A stretch of 28,064 nucleotides of DNA from a virus (Duplodnaviria; Caudoviricetes). The DNA lies in the IMG/VR virus record IMGVR_UViG_3300048578_000390, positions 1 through 28,064 of that record; one strand, 5' to 3'. A program made the position numbers and the translations under genes. The notes under the pieces were generated by a model that saw only the letters and a program-made list of their open reading frames with translations, did not search any database and had not been told where the DNA came from. Below, one piece after another: positions 1 through 8,631 of this stretch; the first letter of the stretch is position 1; each line of letters starts with the position of its first letter.

Positions 1-486
1 ATGGAAGGCACGGAAAAACTGACTGACCCCATGATCGTGACCTTCGCCGCCAGCTATCAGCTGCCCGTGGTGATCGTCCGGGCCATGTGCGCGCAGGAGT
101 CCTCGAACAACGATGACGCCATGCGCTACGAAAAGGATTTCGACCGGCGCTACAACCTCGAACCCACCGACTACGTGCCGGCTGGCTGCTCCCGCGATAC
201 CGAGGAAGTCGGCCGGGCCACCAGTTGGGGGCCGATGCAGGTCATGGGCGAAACGGCCCGTTGTATGGGCTTCCGTGGCTGGTTCCCGGAGCTTTGCGAA
301 CCGGAAGTCGGCCTGGAATGGGGTTGCCGCTGTCTGCGTCGGTTGGCGGATCGGTATCTGGCCGAAGGCGGCTGGGCCATGGTCTGCCGCGCTTATAACG
401 GCGGCCCGGGCAACCGGACGAATCTTGCCAACAAGTACCCAGACAAGGTGCTGGCCCGCATCCCGGGCGGCGTCTGGCCGGATTAA
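1..486 (+). CDS. Lytic transglycosylase (SLT/lysozyme-like) endolysin
   Basis: Motifs AQESS (catalytic Glu), GPMQV and AYNGG; position ahead of the packaging genes. The start is at the window edge, so the RBS is not visible. Confidence 0.88.
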   Translation: MEGTEKLTDPMIVTFAASYQLPVVIVRAMCAQESSNNDDAMRYEKDFDRRYNLEPTDYVPAGCSRDTEEVGRATSWGPMQVMGETARCMGFRGWFPELCEPEVGLEWGCRCLRRLADRYLAEGGWAMVCRAYNGGPGNRTNLANKYPDKVLARIPGGVWPD

Positions 487-501
487 TAAGGAACGGAGAC
501 C

Positions 502-951
502 ATGAACGAAGCAAAAAAAGTGGCGTTGGTCGGTATGCTCCAGAACCAAATCGGTTTGTCCTCGGCCGACGTCGGGGAAATCCTGGATTTGGTCGTGGGC
601 AAGGCTTCCGGCGGCGTCGTGCCCCCGCAGGCCCCTGGCGAACTGGCCCCGGACGTGCTGATGCAGCCCGGGGAGGCCGTCATGCCCCGGCCCCAGGCCG
701 AACGGCTCCAAGAATTCGCCACCACAATCAGCCAGTTCAGCACCGAGCTGCGGAGCGGCTCCGGCTGGCGCAGCCGTAAGCTGTGGGTGACGCTGGTCAC
801 CTTGGCCGGGATGCTGGTGCAGCTGCCGATGCAGGAAATCCTGCCGCCGGTCTCCCAGATTCTCATTTGTGCCCTGGCCGGCCTGTACATCGCCGTACAG
901 GGCATCTTGGACGCCCCGGCCAAGCCCCGGCCCCTGGAGCCGGCTGCGTGA
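502..951 (+). CDS. Probable holin-like membrane protein with a soluble N-terminal extension
   Basis: GGAG RBS; C-terminal WRSRKLWVTLV followed by two hydrophobic segments; directly after the endolysin. Confidence 0.55.
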   Translation: MNEAKKVALVGMLQNQIGLSSADVGEILDLVVGKASGGVVPPQAPGELAPDVLMQPGEAVMPRPQAERLQEFATTISQFSTELRSGSGWRSRKLWVTLVTLAGMLVQLPMQEILPPVSQILICALAGLYIAVQGILDAPAKPRPLEPAA

Positions 952-1163
952 GTGATTTTGGCGATGAGGGACAGGTCGCCGAGACGCTTTACCGGGAGGG
1001 GGCCATCGCGGCCGCCCTCCCGGCCGCCCCGGCCGGCATCCAGGTCATCGAGGACGGCCGGGTGGTGTGCGCCGAGTGCGGGGAGCCGATCCCGGCCGTA
1101 AGACTTGTGGCCGTGCCCGGGGCCACGCGGTGCCGGGCATGTCAGACGGATTTCGAGGGATAG
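948..1163 (+). CDS. TraR/DksA-family C4 zinc-finger protein
   Basis: GTGA overlap with the upstream stop; CAECGEPIPAVRLVAVPGATRCRACQ matches the CxxCGxxIPxxR...CxxCQ pattern. True start is GTG 948, not 783. Confidence 0.88.
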   Translation: MSDFGDEGQVAETLYREGAIAAALPAAPAGIQVIEDGRVVCAECGEPIPAVRLVAVPGATRCRACQTDFEG

Positions 1164-1172
1164 GGAGGGGTT

Positions 1173-1514
1173 GTGGACTTCATCAAGGAATATGGGGCGT
1201 TTATCCTGGCCATTGTCCAGGCCGTGATGGGCTGGTTCATGTGGTCCCTGCGCAAAGAATTCGTGACCGGCAGGGATTGCGCGGCCTGTCGCTCCGTCTG
1301 CCGCAAGGAGGTGGCCGAAGACATGGGAAAGCTGCCGTCGATCAAGTCCATGGCCGATTTGGCCACAGAACTTGAAGGGCTGCGCGGCGACGTCAAGGCA
1401 CAAGCGGCTGACATCCGGGGTTTATCTGAAGTGCTCAAGCGGGTGGAACACCCGCTGGGCTTGTTGCTGGAACATCAGCTGGCCGAAAGTCGTCGCGACC
1501 GGAGGGGAGAATGA
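1173..1514 (+). CDS. Mu-like DUF2730-type protein (N-terminal TM helix plus coiled coil)
   Basis: GGAGG RBS, N-terminal hydrophobic helix, heptad-rich C-terminus, conserved position in Mu-like phages. Confidence 0.7.
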   Translation: MDFIKEYGAFILAIVQAVMGWFMWSLRKEFVTGRDCAACRSVCRKEVAEDMGKLPSIKSMADLATELEGLRGDVKAQAADIRGLSEVLKRVEHPLGLLLEHQLAESRRDRRGE

Positions 1515-1804
1515 AGTTTGCCGAGGTGTTAGCCCAAGATCGCCGTTTGGTCATTCTGCGGCTGCTGGCCGAGGACTTGGACCGGAAACTGAACACATCG
1601 ATTCTCCAGGATGCCCTGGATATGGTCGGCCATGGTTGCTCGCGTGATTGCGTGGAAACCGAATGCGCCTGGCTGCATGAGCAAGGACTCGTGGAGGCCG
1701 AAGCAGTCGGCCCGGTGACTGTGGTGCGCCTGACCGGCCGGGGCCAGGACGTGGCCGAGGGCAAGGCAACTGTGCCGGGCGTCAAACGCCCCCGGGCGAG
1801 GTAG
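1511..1804 (+). CDS. Mu gp26-like small winged-helix protein
   Basis: DRRLVILRLL...WLHEQGLV...LTGRGQDVAEG...PGVKRP pattern; ATGA coupling; synteny. Confidence 0.8.
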   Translation: MKFAEVLAQDRRLVILRLLAEDLDRKLNTSILQDALDMVGHGCSRDCVETECAWLHEQGLVEAEAVGPVTVVRLTGRGQDVAEGKATVPGVKRPRAR

Positions 1805-1807
1805 GCC

Positions 1808-2362
1808 ATGCCCAAGCCGTCTACCATTGACACGCTGCCGCCCGAGCTGCGGACGGCATTTGACCGTTTCCTGGCGTCGCGCAAGGATTTGACCATTGAC
1901 GATGTCACGGCCTGGCTCAATGAGCAGCTCGCCGATTCGGGTGTCCAGGTCAGTGTGTCGCGCTCGGCCGTTGGCCGCTACCGCAAGACGTTCGAGGAGG
2001 CCGCCGCGAAAATCCGCGAGTCGCGGGAGATCGCCGCCGCCTTTGCCCGCGAGGTGGGGGCCGCCCCGGATGGCAACCTCGGCGCGCAGCTCGTGGAGCT
2101 GGTGCGGGGGCTGGCCTTTAAGATTGCCACCAATTCCGACGCCAAGCAAATGGACTTCGCCGACCTGGCCAAGCTCGCCAAGTCGGTCAAGGACGTGGAG
2201 GCCGGGGCCAAGTTGAGCATTGAGGCCGAGGCGAAGGTCCGCGAGCAGGTGCGCAAGGAGCTGGAAGAAGAGGCCAAGCGCAATGTCCGCACGGCCGTAG
2301 GTGATGGCCGCATGGACCCCGAAGCCGCCGAAGAGGCCATGCGCATTATGGGGTTTGTCTGA
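1808..2362 (+). CDS. Mu gp27-like (DUF3486) protein, putative small terminase
   Basis: STIDTLPPE and SRSAVGRY motifs; immediately upstream of the large terminase. Confidence 0.82.
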   Translation: MPKPSTIDTLPPELRTAFDRFLASRKDLTIDDVTAWLNEQLADSGVQVSVSRSAVGRYRKTFEEAAAKIRESREIAAAFAREVGAAPDGNLGAQLVELVRGLAFKIATNSDAKQMDFADLAKLAKSVKDVEAGAKLSIEAEAKVREQVRKELEEEAKRNVRTAVGDGRMDPEAAEEAMRIMGFV

Positions 2363-3768
2363 TGACCGGGACTGCGCCTCTTATCACATTCCACCTGTTC
2401 CAACAGCGTTGGCTGCAAGACGATTCCCGATTCAAGCTCGGCATGTTCTCGCGCCAGACGGGTAAGACGTTCACGACTTGCGCCGAGATCGTCCAAGACT
2501 GCATCCAAGCCGAGATCGCCGGACGACGCGTACGGTGGGTCATCTTGTCACGCGGCGAACGGCAGGCCAAAGAGGCGGTTGATGAAGCCATAAAGCCGTT
2601 CTGTAAGGCGTTTTACACTATTTACAATGCCTTGCTGGCCGGCAAACATCCGCCGGAGTTCTCACAGGAGGTCTTTCGGGGGGAGTCCGGGGCCGAGTAC
2701 ACGGCCCTGGAAATCCGTTTCCCTTCTGGTTCCAGGATCACAGCCCTGCCAGCCAACCCGGACACAGCGCGCGGTTTTTCCGCCAACGTGTTTCTGGATG
2801 AGTTCGCGTTTCACGAGCGCAGCCGCGACATCTGGCGGGCCATTTTCCCGGTCGTCTCCAAAGGCGGATTGCGCCTGCGGGTCACGTCCACGCCCAATGG
2901 CAAGGACAACAAGTTTTACGAGCTGTGGACGTCCGAAGATGACATCTGGAGCCGGCACCGTGTGGACATTCATGAGGCCGTGGCTCAGGGCCTGGACCGG
3001 GACGTGGACGCCCTGCGGCGAGGGTTGGGCGACGAAGAGGCGTGGCGTCAGGAATACGAGCTGGAATTTCTGGAGGTGGCTTCCTCCTGGCTGTCTTATG
3101 ACCTGATCCTCTCCTGCGAGCATCCCGACGCTGGCAATCCGCGTCTTTACCGGGGCGGTCCCGTGTTCATCGGCAACGACATCGCCCGCCGCCGGGACTT
3201 GTGGGTGGCCTGGGTGTTCGAGTTGGTGGGTGACGTGCTTTGGACACGCGAGATTGTTGAGGATCGTAATATCTCCTTTGCAGCCCAAGACGCCATCATC
3301 CAGGCCCTAGCCGCCAAATACCGGCTTTCGCGCCTCATCATGGACCAGACCGGCATGGGCGAAAAGCCTGTCGAGGATATGAAGGTGGCGCTTGGAGCCG
3401 ACCGCGTGGAGGGCGTCCTCTTAAATGGGGCCACCCCCCTGAACGTGGCCACTGCCGCAAAACAGGCCTTCGAGGATCGGCGGGTTCGTATACCGGCCGG
3501 GAACTCGGTTTTGCGTGATGATCTGCACAAAATACGCAAGGTAGTCGGCCCTACCGGTGCCCCGCGCCTGATGGCCGACCGTGATTCCAAGGGCCATGCC
3601 GACCGGGCTTGGGCCTGTTTCTTGGCGGTCTCCGGTGCTCTTTCTGGAGTGATGGAATATGCCTACACCCCGGCCACGTCGGCCGGTGATGGCCCTGGCC
3701 ACCCCGGGCAGGACGATGATTTTGACGATGATAACGGCCGGGCGCGGTTCGGCCGGGGAGCATACTGA
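2362..3768 (+). CDS. terL: Terminase large subunit (Mu gp28-like)
   Basis: Walker A SRQTGKT, ARG...VFLDEFAF Walker B, STPNG coupling motif, RNase H-like GNDIA, MDQTGMG and HADRAWA. Confidence 0.95.
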   Translation: MTGTAPLITFHLFQQRWLQDDSRFKLGMFSRQTGKTFTTCAEIVQDCIQAEIAGRRVRWVILSRGERQAKEAVDEAIKPFCKAFYTIYNALLAGKHPPEFSQEVFRGESGAEYTALEIRFPSGSRITALPANPDTARGFSANVFLDEFAFHERSRDIWRAIFPVVSKGGLRLRVTSTPNGKDNKFYELWTSEDDIWSRHRVDIHEAVAQGLDRDVDALRRGLGDEEAWRQEYELEFLEVASSWLSYDLILSCEHPDAGNPRLYRGGPVFIGNDIARRRDLWVAWVFELVGDVLWTREIVEDRNISFAAQDAIIQALAAKYRLSRLIMDQTGMGEKPVEDMKVALGADRVEGVLLNGATPLNVATAAKQAFEDRRVRIPAGNSVLRDDLHKIRKVVGPTGAPRLMADRDSKGHADRAWACFLAVSGALSGVMEYAYTPATSAGDGPGHPGQDDDFDDDNGRARFGRGAY

Positions 3769-5372
3769 TGCCGACGCTATACGACCATTTGGACCGGCCA
3801 GTGGAACTGGGGCGGCTTCGGGAAGAGGAAGCCGGGCCGACTGTCACCGGGGTGCGTCAGGTGCTGTCTGGCCACCCGGCCCAGGGCCTGACGCCGGTAC
3901 GGCTGGCCCGGCTTTTGCGCGCGGCCGAGGATGGCGACCCCACGGCGTATCTGGAATTGGCAGAAGAGATGGAGGAAAAAGACCTCCATTACCGCTCGGT
4001 GCTGGCCACCCGGAAGTATCAGGTCAGTGGTCTGGACATCACGGTCGAGGCGGCTACCGATGCGGCCGAGGATGTGCGGGCGGCGGATCTGATCCGGGAC
4101 TGGCTGTCGCGCGATGAGCTGCGGGACGAACTGTTCGACATCCTGGACGCCGTGGGCAAAGGGTATTCGCTCACGGAAATCATCTGGGACACCTCGGGCG
4201 GGCAATGGCTGCCGGCGCGTCTGGAGTGGCGCGACCCCCGGTGGTTCCAGTTTGACCGCGTGGACGGCCGCACGCCCATGCTGCTCTCCGAGGGCGGGCA
4301 GCCTGTGCCGCTGTCACCCTACAAGTACATTTACCACGTCCATCACAGTAAATCCGGCCTGCCCATCCGGGGCGGGTTGGCCCGGGCCGTTGCCTGGGGC
4401 TATTTGTTCAAAAACTTCGACATCAAGGCCTGGGTCGAATTCGCCGAGATGTTCGGCGTCCCCCTGCGGGTCGGCAAGTACGGCCCCGGGGCCAGTGAAA
4501 AGGACAAGGCCGTCCTGCTGCAAGCCGTGCGGTCTATCTCCCGGGATGCGGCGGCCATCATCCCGGCCAGCATGACCATCGAATTTATCGAGGCCAAGAT
4601 TTCGGGCAGCATCGCGCTGTTCGAGAAGCTGGCCGAGTTCTTGGACCGCCAGACGTCCAAGGCTGTCCTGGGCCAGACTGGCACCACGGACGTGGGCCAG
4701 CACGTAGGCACTGCCGATGCCCACGAGCATGTCCGCCAGGACATCGAAGAGGCCGATGCCCGGCAGTTGTCGGCTACACTCAATCGCGATCTGGTGCGGC
4801 CCGTGGTCGACCTTAACTTGGGGCCGCGCAAGCTCTATCCCAAGATCGTTATCAAACGCATCAACGCCGAGGATTTGACGGCCCTGGCCGACAATCTAAA
4901 AAAGTTGGTGCCGTTGGGGCTCAAGGTGGGCATGTCCACGGTGCGGGACAAGTTTGGCCTGCCCGATCCGGCTCCGGATGAAGAACTGCTTCATGCACCT
5001 GGGCAAGAACAGATCGCCGTCGATCCTGGCCAGCCCGATCCTGTCGCGCTGCCCCAGGGCCGGCAGGCTGCCGCCTCGCGCCGGGCTGTGGCCGCCGCCT
5101 CCCCGGCCGCGCCGGCCCAGGTCATGGACGCCGTAGACGTGGCCGTGGCCGAGGAACTGGACAGCTGGCAACCCCTCGTTGACCCGCTGCTGGTGTCGGT
5201 CCGCGCGCTCCTGGATGATTGTCTCGCCCAGGGACTCACTTTGGATGAGTTTGAGCGCCGGCTGCCCGATGTCCTGGCCGGCCAAGATGCAGCCGCCTTG
5301 GCCGATCATCTTGCCCGTATGGGTTTCATGGCCCGGCTGGCCGGCGAGACGGGGGCCGGCCTTGGCAAATAG
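3768..5372 (+). CDS. Portal protein (Mu gp29/DUF935 type)
   Basis: EEMEEKDLHY, KGYSLTEIIW, FAEMFGVPLRVGKY and SKAVLGQT motifs; position after terL. Confidence 0.93.
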   Translation: MPTLYDHLDRPVELGRLREEEAGPTVTGVRQVLSGHPAQGLTPVRLARLLRAAEDGDPTAYLELAEEMEEKDLHYRSVLATRKYQVSGLDITVEAATDAAEDVRAADLIRDWLSRDELRDELFDILDAVGKGYSLTEIIWDTSGGQWLPARLEWRDPRWFQFDRVDGRTPMLLSEGGQPVPLSPYKYIYHVHHSKSGLPIRGGLARAVAWGYLFKNFDIKAWVEFAEMFGVPLRVGKYGPGASEKDKAVLLQAVRSISRDAAAIIPASMTIEFIEAKISGSIALFEKLAEFLDRQTSKAVLGQTGTTDVGQHVGTADAHEHVRQDIEEADARQLSATLNRDLVRPVVDLNLGPRKLYPKIVIKRINAEDLTALADNLKKLVPLGLKVGMSTVRDKFGLPDPAPDEELLHAPGQEQIAVDPGQPDPVALPQGRQAAASRRAVAAASPAAPAQVMDAVDVAVAEELDSWQPLVDPLLVSVRALLDDCLAQGLTLDEFERRLPDVLAGQDAAALADHLARMGFMARLAGETGAGLGK

Positions 5373-6714
5373 CGACGTCGGAAACATCCGCTTTCAGGCT
5401 CTGCCGCCCGAGGAGGCCATCGCCTACTTCAAGGCCAAGGGCTACAATCTGGCCGAGTCCTGGGACTGGCGCGACGTCTGGCAAAAGCAGCACGCCACGG
5501 CCTTTACCGTGGCCAAAAGCGCCGGCTTCGACGTCCTCAAGGACATCCAGGCCGCTGTCCAGACCGCCACGATCCAGGGCTTGACCTTCAAGCAATTTTC
5601 GGCCCAGCTGACCCCCATCCTGCAAGCGAAAGGATGGTGGGGAAAAATGGAAAAACCCGACCCGCTGACCGGCGAAGTCAAAGCCGTGCAACTCGGCAGC
5701 CCGCGCCGACTCAAGATCATTTACGACACCAACATGCGCATGAGCCACGCGGCTGGCGAATGGGCGCGCATCCAGCGCGGCAAGCGGTATGCCCCATATC
5801 TGCGGTATACCGCCGTGTTGGACCCCAGCACCCGCCCACAACATCGATCCTGGGACGGTACGGTTCTTCCGGTCGACCACCCCTGGTGGAAAACCCACTT
5901 TCCGCCCAACGGCTGGCATTGCCGCTGCTCAACCATCCAGCTGTCCGCCCATGACCTCAACGCCCTGGGCTACAAGGTCTCACCCGATCCGGTGGACGAT
6001 CTGACCCTCTACACCAACGAACGCACCGGCGAGACCATGACGATCCCCAGAGGCATCGATCCGGGGTTTGCCTACAACCCCGGCGAGGCGGCGCTTGACG
6101 GCCACGCGGCCCGGGCGTTGATGGGCAAACTGGTGGACGCCTCACCGGACATGGCCGCCGCCCAGGCTGCCAGCGCCCGGTTTGTGGTGCCGGCCATGAA
6201 GCGCGACCTCATGGAGTGGATCGCCCCGCGTCTGGATGCCCTGGAGGCCGGGCGACCGATCAAAACCGGCGAACGCCGGGTTGTCGGGGCTGTGCCGGAT
6301 GAAGTGCTGGAGTTCTTCCAAGCCGGCCGGGCCACGGCCAACGGCGAGGCCGTGGAATTGTCCAGCGGGGCTGTCACCTTGTCCGACGATGGCATTAATC
6401 ACCTGTACCGCGAAACCAAGCGAGGGAGCGGCGTCGGGTTGCCCCGGGCCGTCATTGAACGGGCCGTGGATGCTTTGTGGGAGCCGGAGGCGATCTATTG
6501 GGACAAGGCGAACCCGGCGTTGCTGTATCTCATCGATGCCGGAGAGGATTCGGGGAAGCTGGTGGTGCGGGTGAATTATGCGACCCGGGTCAAGATTGCC
6601 GATGCCAGCGGAGGGCTGCGTCGAGAAACGATCCGCACGAATGACCTGTGGTCGGGGCGGGTCATCGATCCCGGGGTTTTTGAGAACGTGCGGGAATATG
6701 AGCGAATAAAATAG
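5362..6714 (+). CDS. MuF (gp30) minor head protein with a C-terminal extension resembling a BECR/PBECR nuclease fold
   Basis: MuF motifs AFTVAK, RRLKIIYDTN, TRPQH, PPNGWHCRC and IDPGFAYNPG, followed by about 200 extra residues (H..R..K, L.EPEAIYWD...LLY...KLVVRVN). Start inferred at TTG 5362, overlapping the portal stop. Confidence 0.88.
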   Translation: MANSDVGNIRFQALPPEEAIAYFKAKGYNLAESWDWRDVWQKQHATAFTVAKSAGFDVLKDIQAAVQTATIQGLTFKQFSAQLTPILQAKGWWGKMEKPDPLTGEVKAVQLGSPRRLKIIYDTNMRMSHAAGEWARIQRGKRYAPYLRYTAVLDPSTRPQHRSWDGTVLPVDHPWWKTHFPPNGWHCRCSTIQLSAHDLNALGYKVSPDPVDDLTLYTNERTGETMTIPRGIDPGFAYNPGEAALDGHAARALMGKLVDASPDMAAAQAASARFVVPAMKRDLMEWIAPRLDALEAGRPIKTGERRVVGAVPDEVLEFFQAGRATANGEAVELSSGAVTLSDDGINHLYRETKRGSGVGLPRAVIERAVDALWEPEAIYWDKANPALLYLIDAGEDSGKLVVRVNYATRVKIADASGGLRRETIRTNDLWSGRVIDPGVFENVREYERIK

Positions 6715-6825
6715 AAAAGGCCGTCTGGGTGGTGCGCAAACTCCACGGGGGGACTCCCTGGTTTTACAGGTTCGCCCCGACCGGCAGCGACATTCCCGGC
6801 CTCTCCAGACGGCCCCCAAAAGGGC
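6715..6825 (-). ncRNA. Candidate cloverleaf small RNA convergent with muF
   Basis: 10-bp closing stem 6719-6728/6805-6814 encloses three hairpins; on the - strand it is followed by a U-rich tract and preceded by a promoter match. Confidence 0.55.
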
Positions 6826-6831
6826 ATGTAA

Positions 6832-6860
6832 AAAATAAGCCGTTTTAAGCGCCCTGGCAA
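6832..6860 (-). promoter_or_regulatory. Putative sigma70 promoter for the cloverleaf RNA
   Basis: On the - strand, TTGCCA (6860-6855), 17-nt spacer, TATTTT (6837-6832). Confidence 0.5.
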
Positions 6861-6997
6861 CCCCGGCCAGGGCGAAGGACGCAAAAGTCAGTAAATCGCC
6901 GAGTAAACATGGTCTGGCGCGAATGCGAGCCATGTCCGGGGTTGCCTCGTGTCGCTCTGGCAGCGTACGAGGCCAGAATCCCATCCTCTTGACCATA

Positions 6998-7046
6998 GGG
7001 CGGACATTTGCCCGCTCTCCTCTCCACGCCCGGCCCGGGTAGACAT
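6998..7046 (+). promoter_or_regulatory. Possible activator-dependent late promoter (Mu PI position)
   Basis: Imperfect dyad GGGCGGACA-TT-TGCCCGCTC (6998-7017) and a weak -10-like TAGACA (7040-7045) ahead of the protease gene; argued mainly from position. Confidence 0.3.
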
Positions 7047-7052
7047 CGGGCC

Positions 7053-8216
7053 ATGCTGACTCGCGCCGCAAACTCTTCCATGCCCCTGCCCGTCGGCACT
7101 GCCGGCGAGGCTCCGCAATGGGTTCAAATTCTGCCCGCCGGCACGTTTGCCGGCCGGGACGGGGCTGGTCCTTACCATCTGGACGACCCCCAGGGCGTCA
7201 TCACTGCCACGCTGGCCGCTGCCTCGGGCGCAGACCTGCCCATCGATTACGACCACCAAACCCTGTGGAGCAAAGACAACGGCCAGCCAGCGCCGGCCGC
7301 CGCCTGGATGAAAGAGTTCCAGGCCCGGGCCGACGGCGTTTTTGCGCGCGTGGATTGGACGTCAGCGGCGGCTGCCCGGGTGGCCGCCCGCGAGTATCGC
7401 TACCTGTCTCCCGTGTTTTGGCACGACGACACCGGCCGCATCATCCGCGTGGAGCACGCGGCCCTGACCAACACCCCCAACCTGGAGATGCAGGCCCTGG
7501 CCAGCAGGCTCCAAAGCAACGGAGGCGAGATGGACCTCAAACAGTTTTTGGCCATGTTGGCCCCGGGCCTGGGGCTGCCGGCCGACGTGACGGCCGAGCA
7601 GCTGGCGGCCCACGCCAAGTCGCTGGCCGAGCGCGACAAGGCGACCGGCGTTGTCCTGGTCGGCATGGGCAAGCGCCTTGGCCTGCCCGAGACGGCCACG
7701 CCCGGAGCCATTGAGACGGCCTTGGCCGACACTCTGACCGCCGTCAACGAGACGGCCCAGGTTCTGGGGCTGACCGGCCCCACCAAGCCGGCGCAACTGG
7801 CAGCCTGCGCCAAGGATTTGATCGCCGCCAAGCTGGGGCAGGCCCAGACCGCCAACCCCGACCCTGCCAAGCACGTCCCCATGTCCGAATTCCTGGCCGT
7901 GTCTTCGCGCCTCAAGGCCCTGGAAGACGGGCAGGCCCAGGACAAGGCCACCGAGGCCGTCGAGGCCGCCATGAAGGCCGGCAAGGTCACCCCCCGCAAC
8001 AAAGAATGGGCGCTCGGCTACGCCTCCAAGGACTTGCCCGGTTTTACCGCGTTCGTGGCCGCCGCGCCGTCCATTGTCACTCCCGGCCAACACGGCCCCG
8101 GCGGCATCCCGCCGGCCGTCGCCGGCCAGATGGGCGAAGCTGACTTGGCCGTTTGTTCCCGCCTCGGCCTCGATCCCGAGACCTACAAAAAGCATCTGCA
8201 AAAGGAGGGTGAGTAA
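7053..8216 (+). CDS. Mu-like prohead protease I (gp32) with C-terminal scaffold
   Basis: WVQILPAG, PIDYDHQT, APAAAW, EYRYLSPVF and ALTNTPNL motifs; start ATG 7053 (7080 is an alternative). Confidence 0.92.
   Translation: MLTRAANSSMPLPVGTAGEAPQWVQILPAGTFAGRDGAGPYHLDDPQGVITATLAAASGADLPIDYDHQTLWSKDNGQPAPAAAWMKEFQARADGVFARVDWTSAAAARVAAREYRYLSPVFWHDDTGRIIRVEHAALTNTPNLEMQALASRLQSNGGEMDLKQFLAMLAPGLGLPADVTAEQLAAHAKSLAERDKATGVVLVGMGKRLGLPETATPGAIETALADTLTAVNETAQVLGLTGPTKPAQLAACAKDLIAAKLGQAQTANPDPAKHVPMSEFLAVSSRLKALEDGQAQDKATEAVEAAMKAGKVTPRNKEWALGYASKDLPGFTAFVAAAPSIVTPGQHGPGGIPPAVAGQMGEADLAVCSRLGLDPETYKKHLQKEGE
7530..8216 (+). CDS. Scaffolding protein (Mu Z-like), in-frame internal start within the protease gene
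   Basis: GGAGG at 7521-7525 precedes an in-frame ATG at 7530, right after the protease domain; same arrangement as Mu I/Z. Confidence 0.65.
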   Translation: MDLKQFLAMLAPGLGLPADVTAEQLAAHAKSLAERDKATGVVLVGMGKRLGLPETATPGAIETALADTLTAVNETAQVLGLTGPTKPAQLAACAKDLIAAKLGQAQTANPDPAKHVPMSEFLAVSSRLKALEDGQAQDKATEAVEAAMKAGKVTPRNKEWALGYASKDLPGFTAFVAAAPSIVTPGQHGPGGIPPAVAGQMGEADLAVCSRLGLDPETYKKHLQKEGE

Positions 8217-8615
8217 ATGACGGCCCTGACCAAGGATCGCAACACCCCGTTTCGGGACGGCAAGGCCTTTGGGCATCCGGTGGCGGCCGAGAAAGTTTTT
8301 TTCGCCGGCTCCCTGGCCGTGTTGAACGCGACCGGCTACGCCGAGCCGGCCACCACGGCCACCGGGAAAAAGGGACTCGGCCGCGTGATGGAGGGCGTTT
8401 CCAACGCTGCCGGTGCCGACGGTGATGTCCTCGTCATCGTCGAACACGGCTGCTTTGCCTGGGCCAACGACGGCAACGTCACCCGGGCGCACGTCGGCAG
8501 CAGCGCCTACGCCGTGGACGATCAGACCGTGGCCCCCACTGACGGCGGCGGCACCCGCTCGGCTGTCGGCATCATTCGCAACGTGGACGCCGATGGCGTC
8601 TGGGTTGAGTCCTAA
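8217..8615 (+). CDS. Putative head decoration/cement protein
   Basis: AAGGAGG RBS; small Gly/Ala/Val-rich beta protein between scaffold and capsid; YAVDDQTV...GVWV motif. Confidence 0.7.
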   Translation: MTALTKDRNTPFRDGKAFGHPVAAEKVFFAGSLAVLNATGYAEPATTATGKKGLGRVMEGVSNAAGADGDVLVIVEHGCFAWANDGNVTRAHVGSSAYAVDDQTVAPTDGGGTRSAVGIIRNVDADGVWVES

Positions 8616-8631
8616 AAGGAGTCTCTTCACC

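Noticed and set aside
6719-6814. Cloverleaf as a true tRNA or tRNA-Sec gene
   Set aside because: No canonical TTCRA T loop, no 7-nt anticodon loop and no CCA; arm lengths are wrong
6142-7071. Minus-strand ORFs 6142-7071 and 6576-6884 as a MuF immunity protein
   Set aside because: No clear RBS, atypical composition, overlap with muF and the structured element; not strictly excluded
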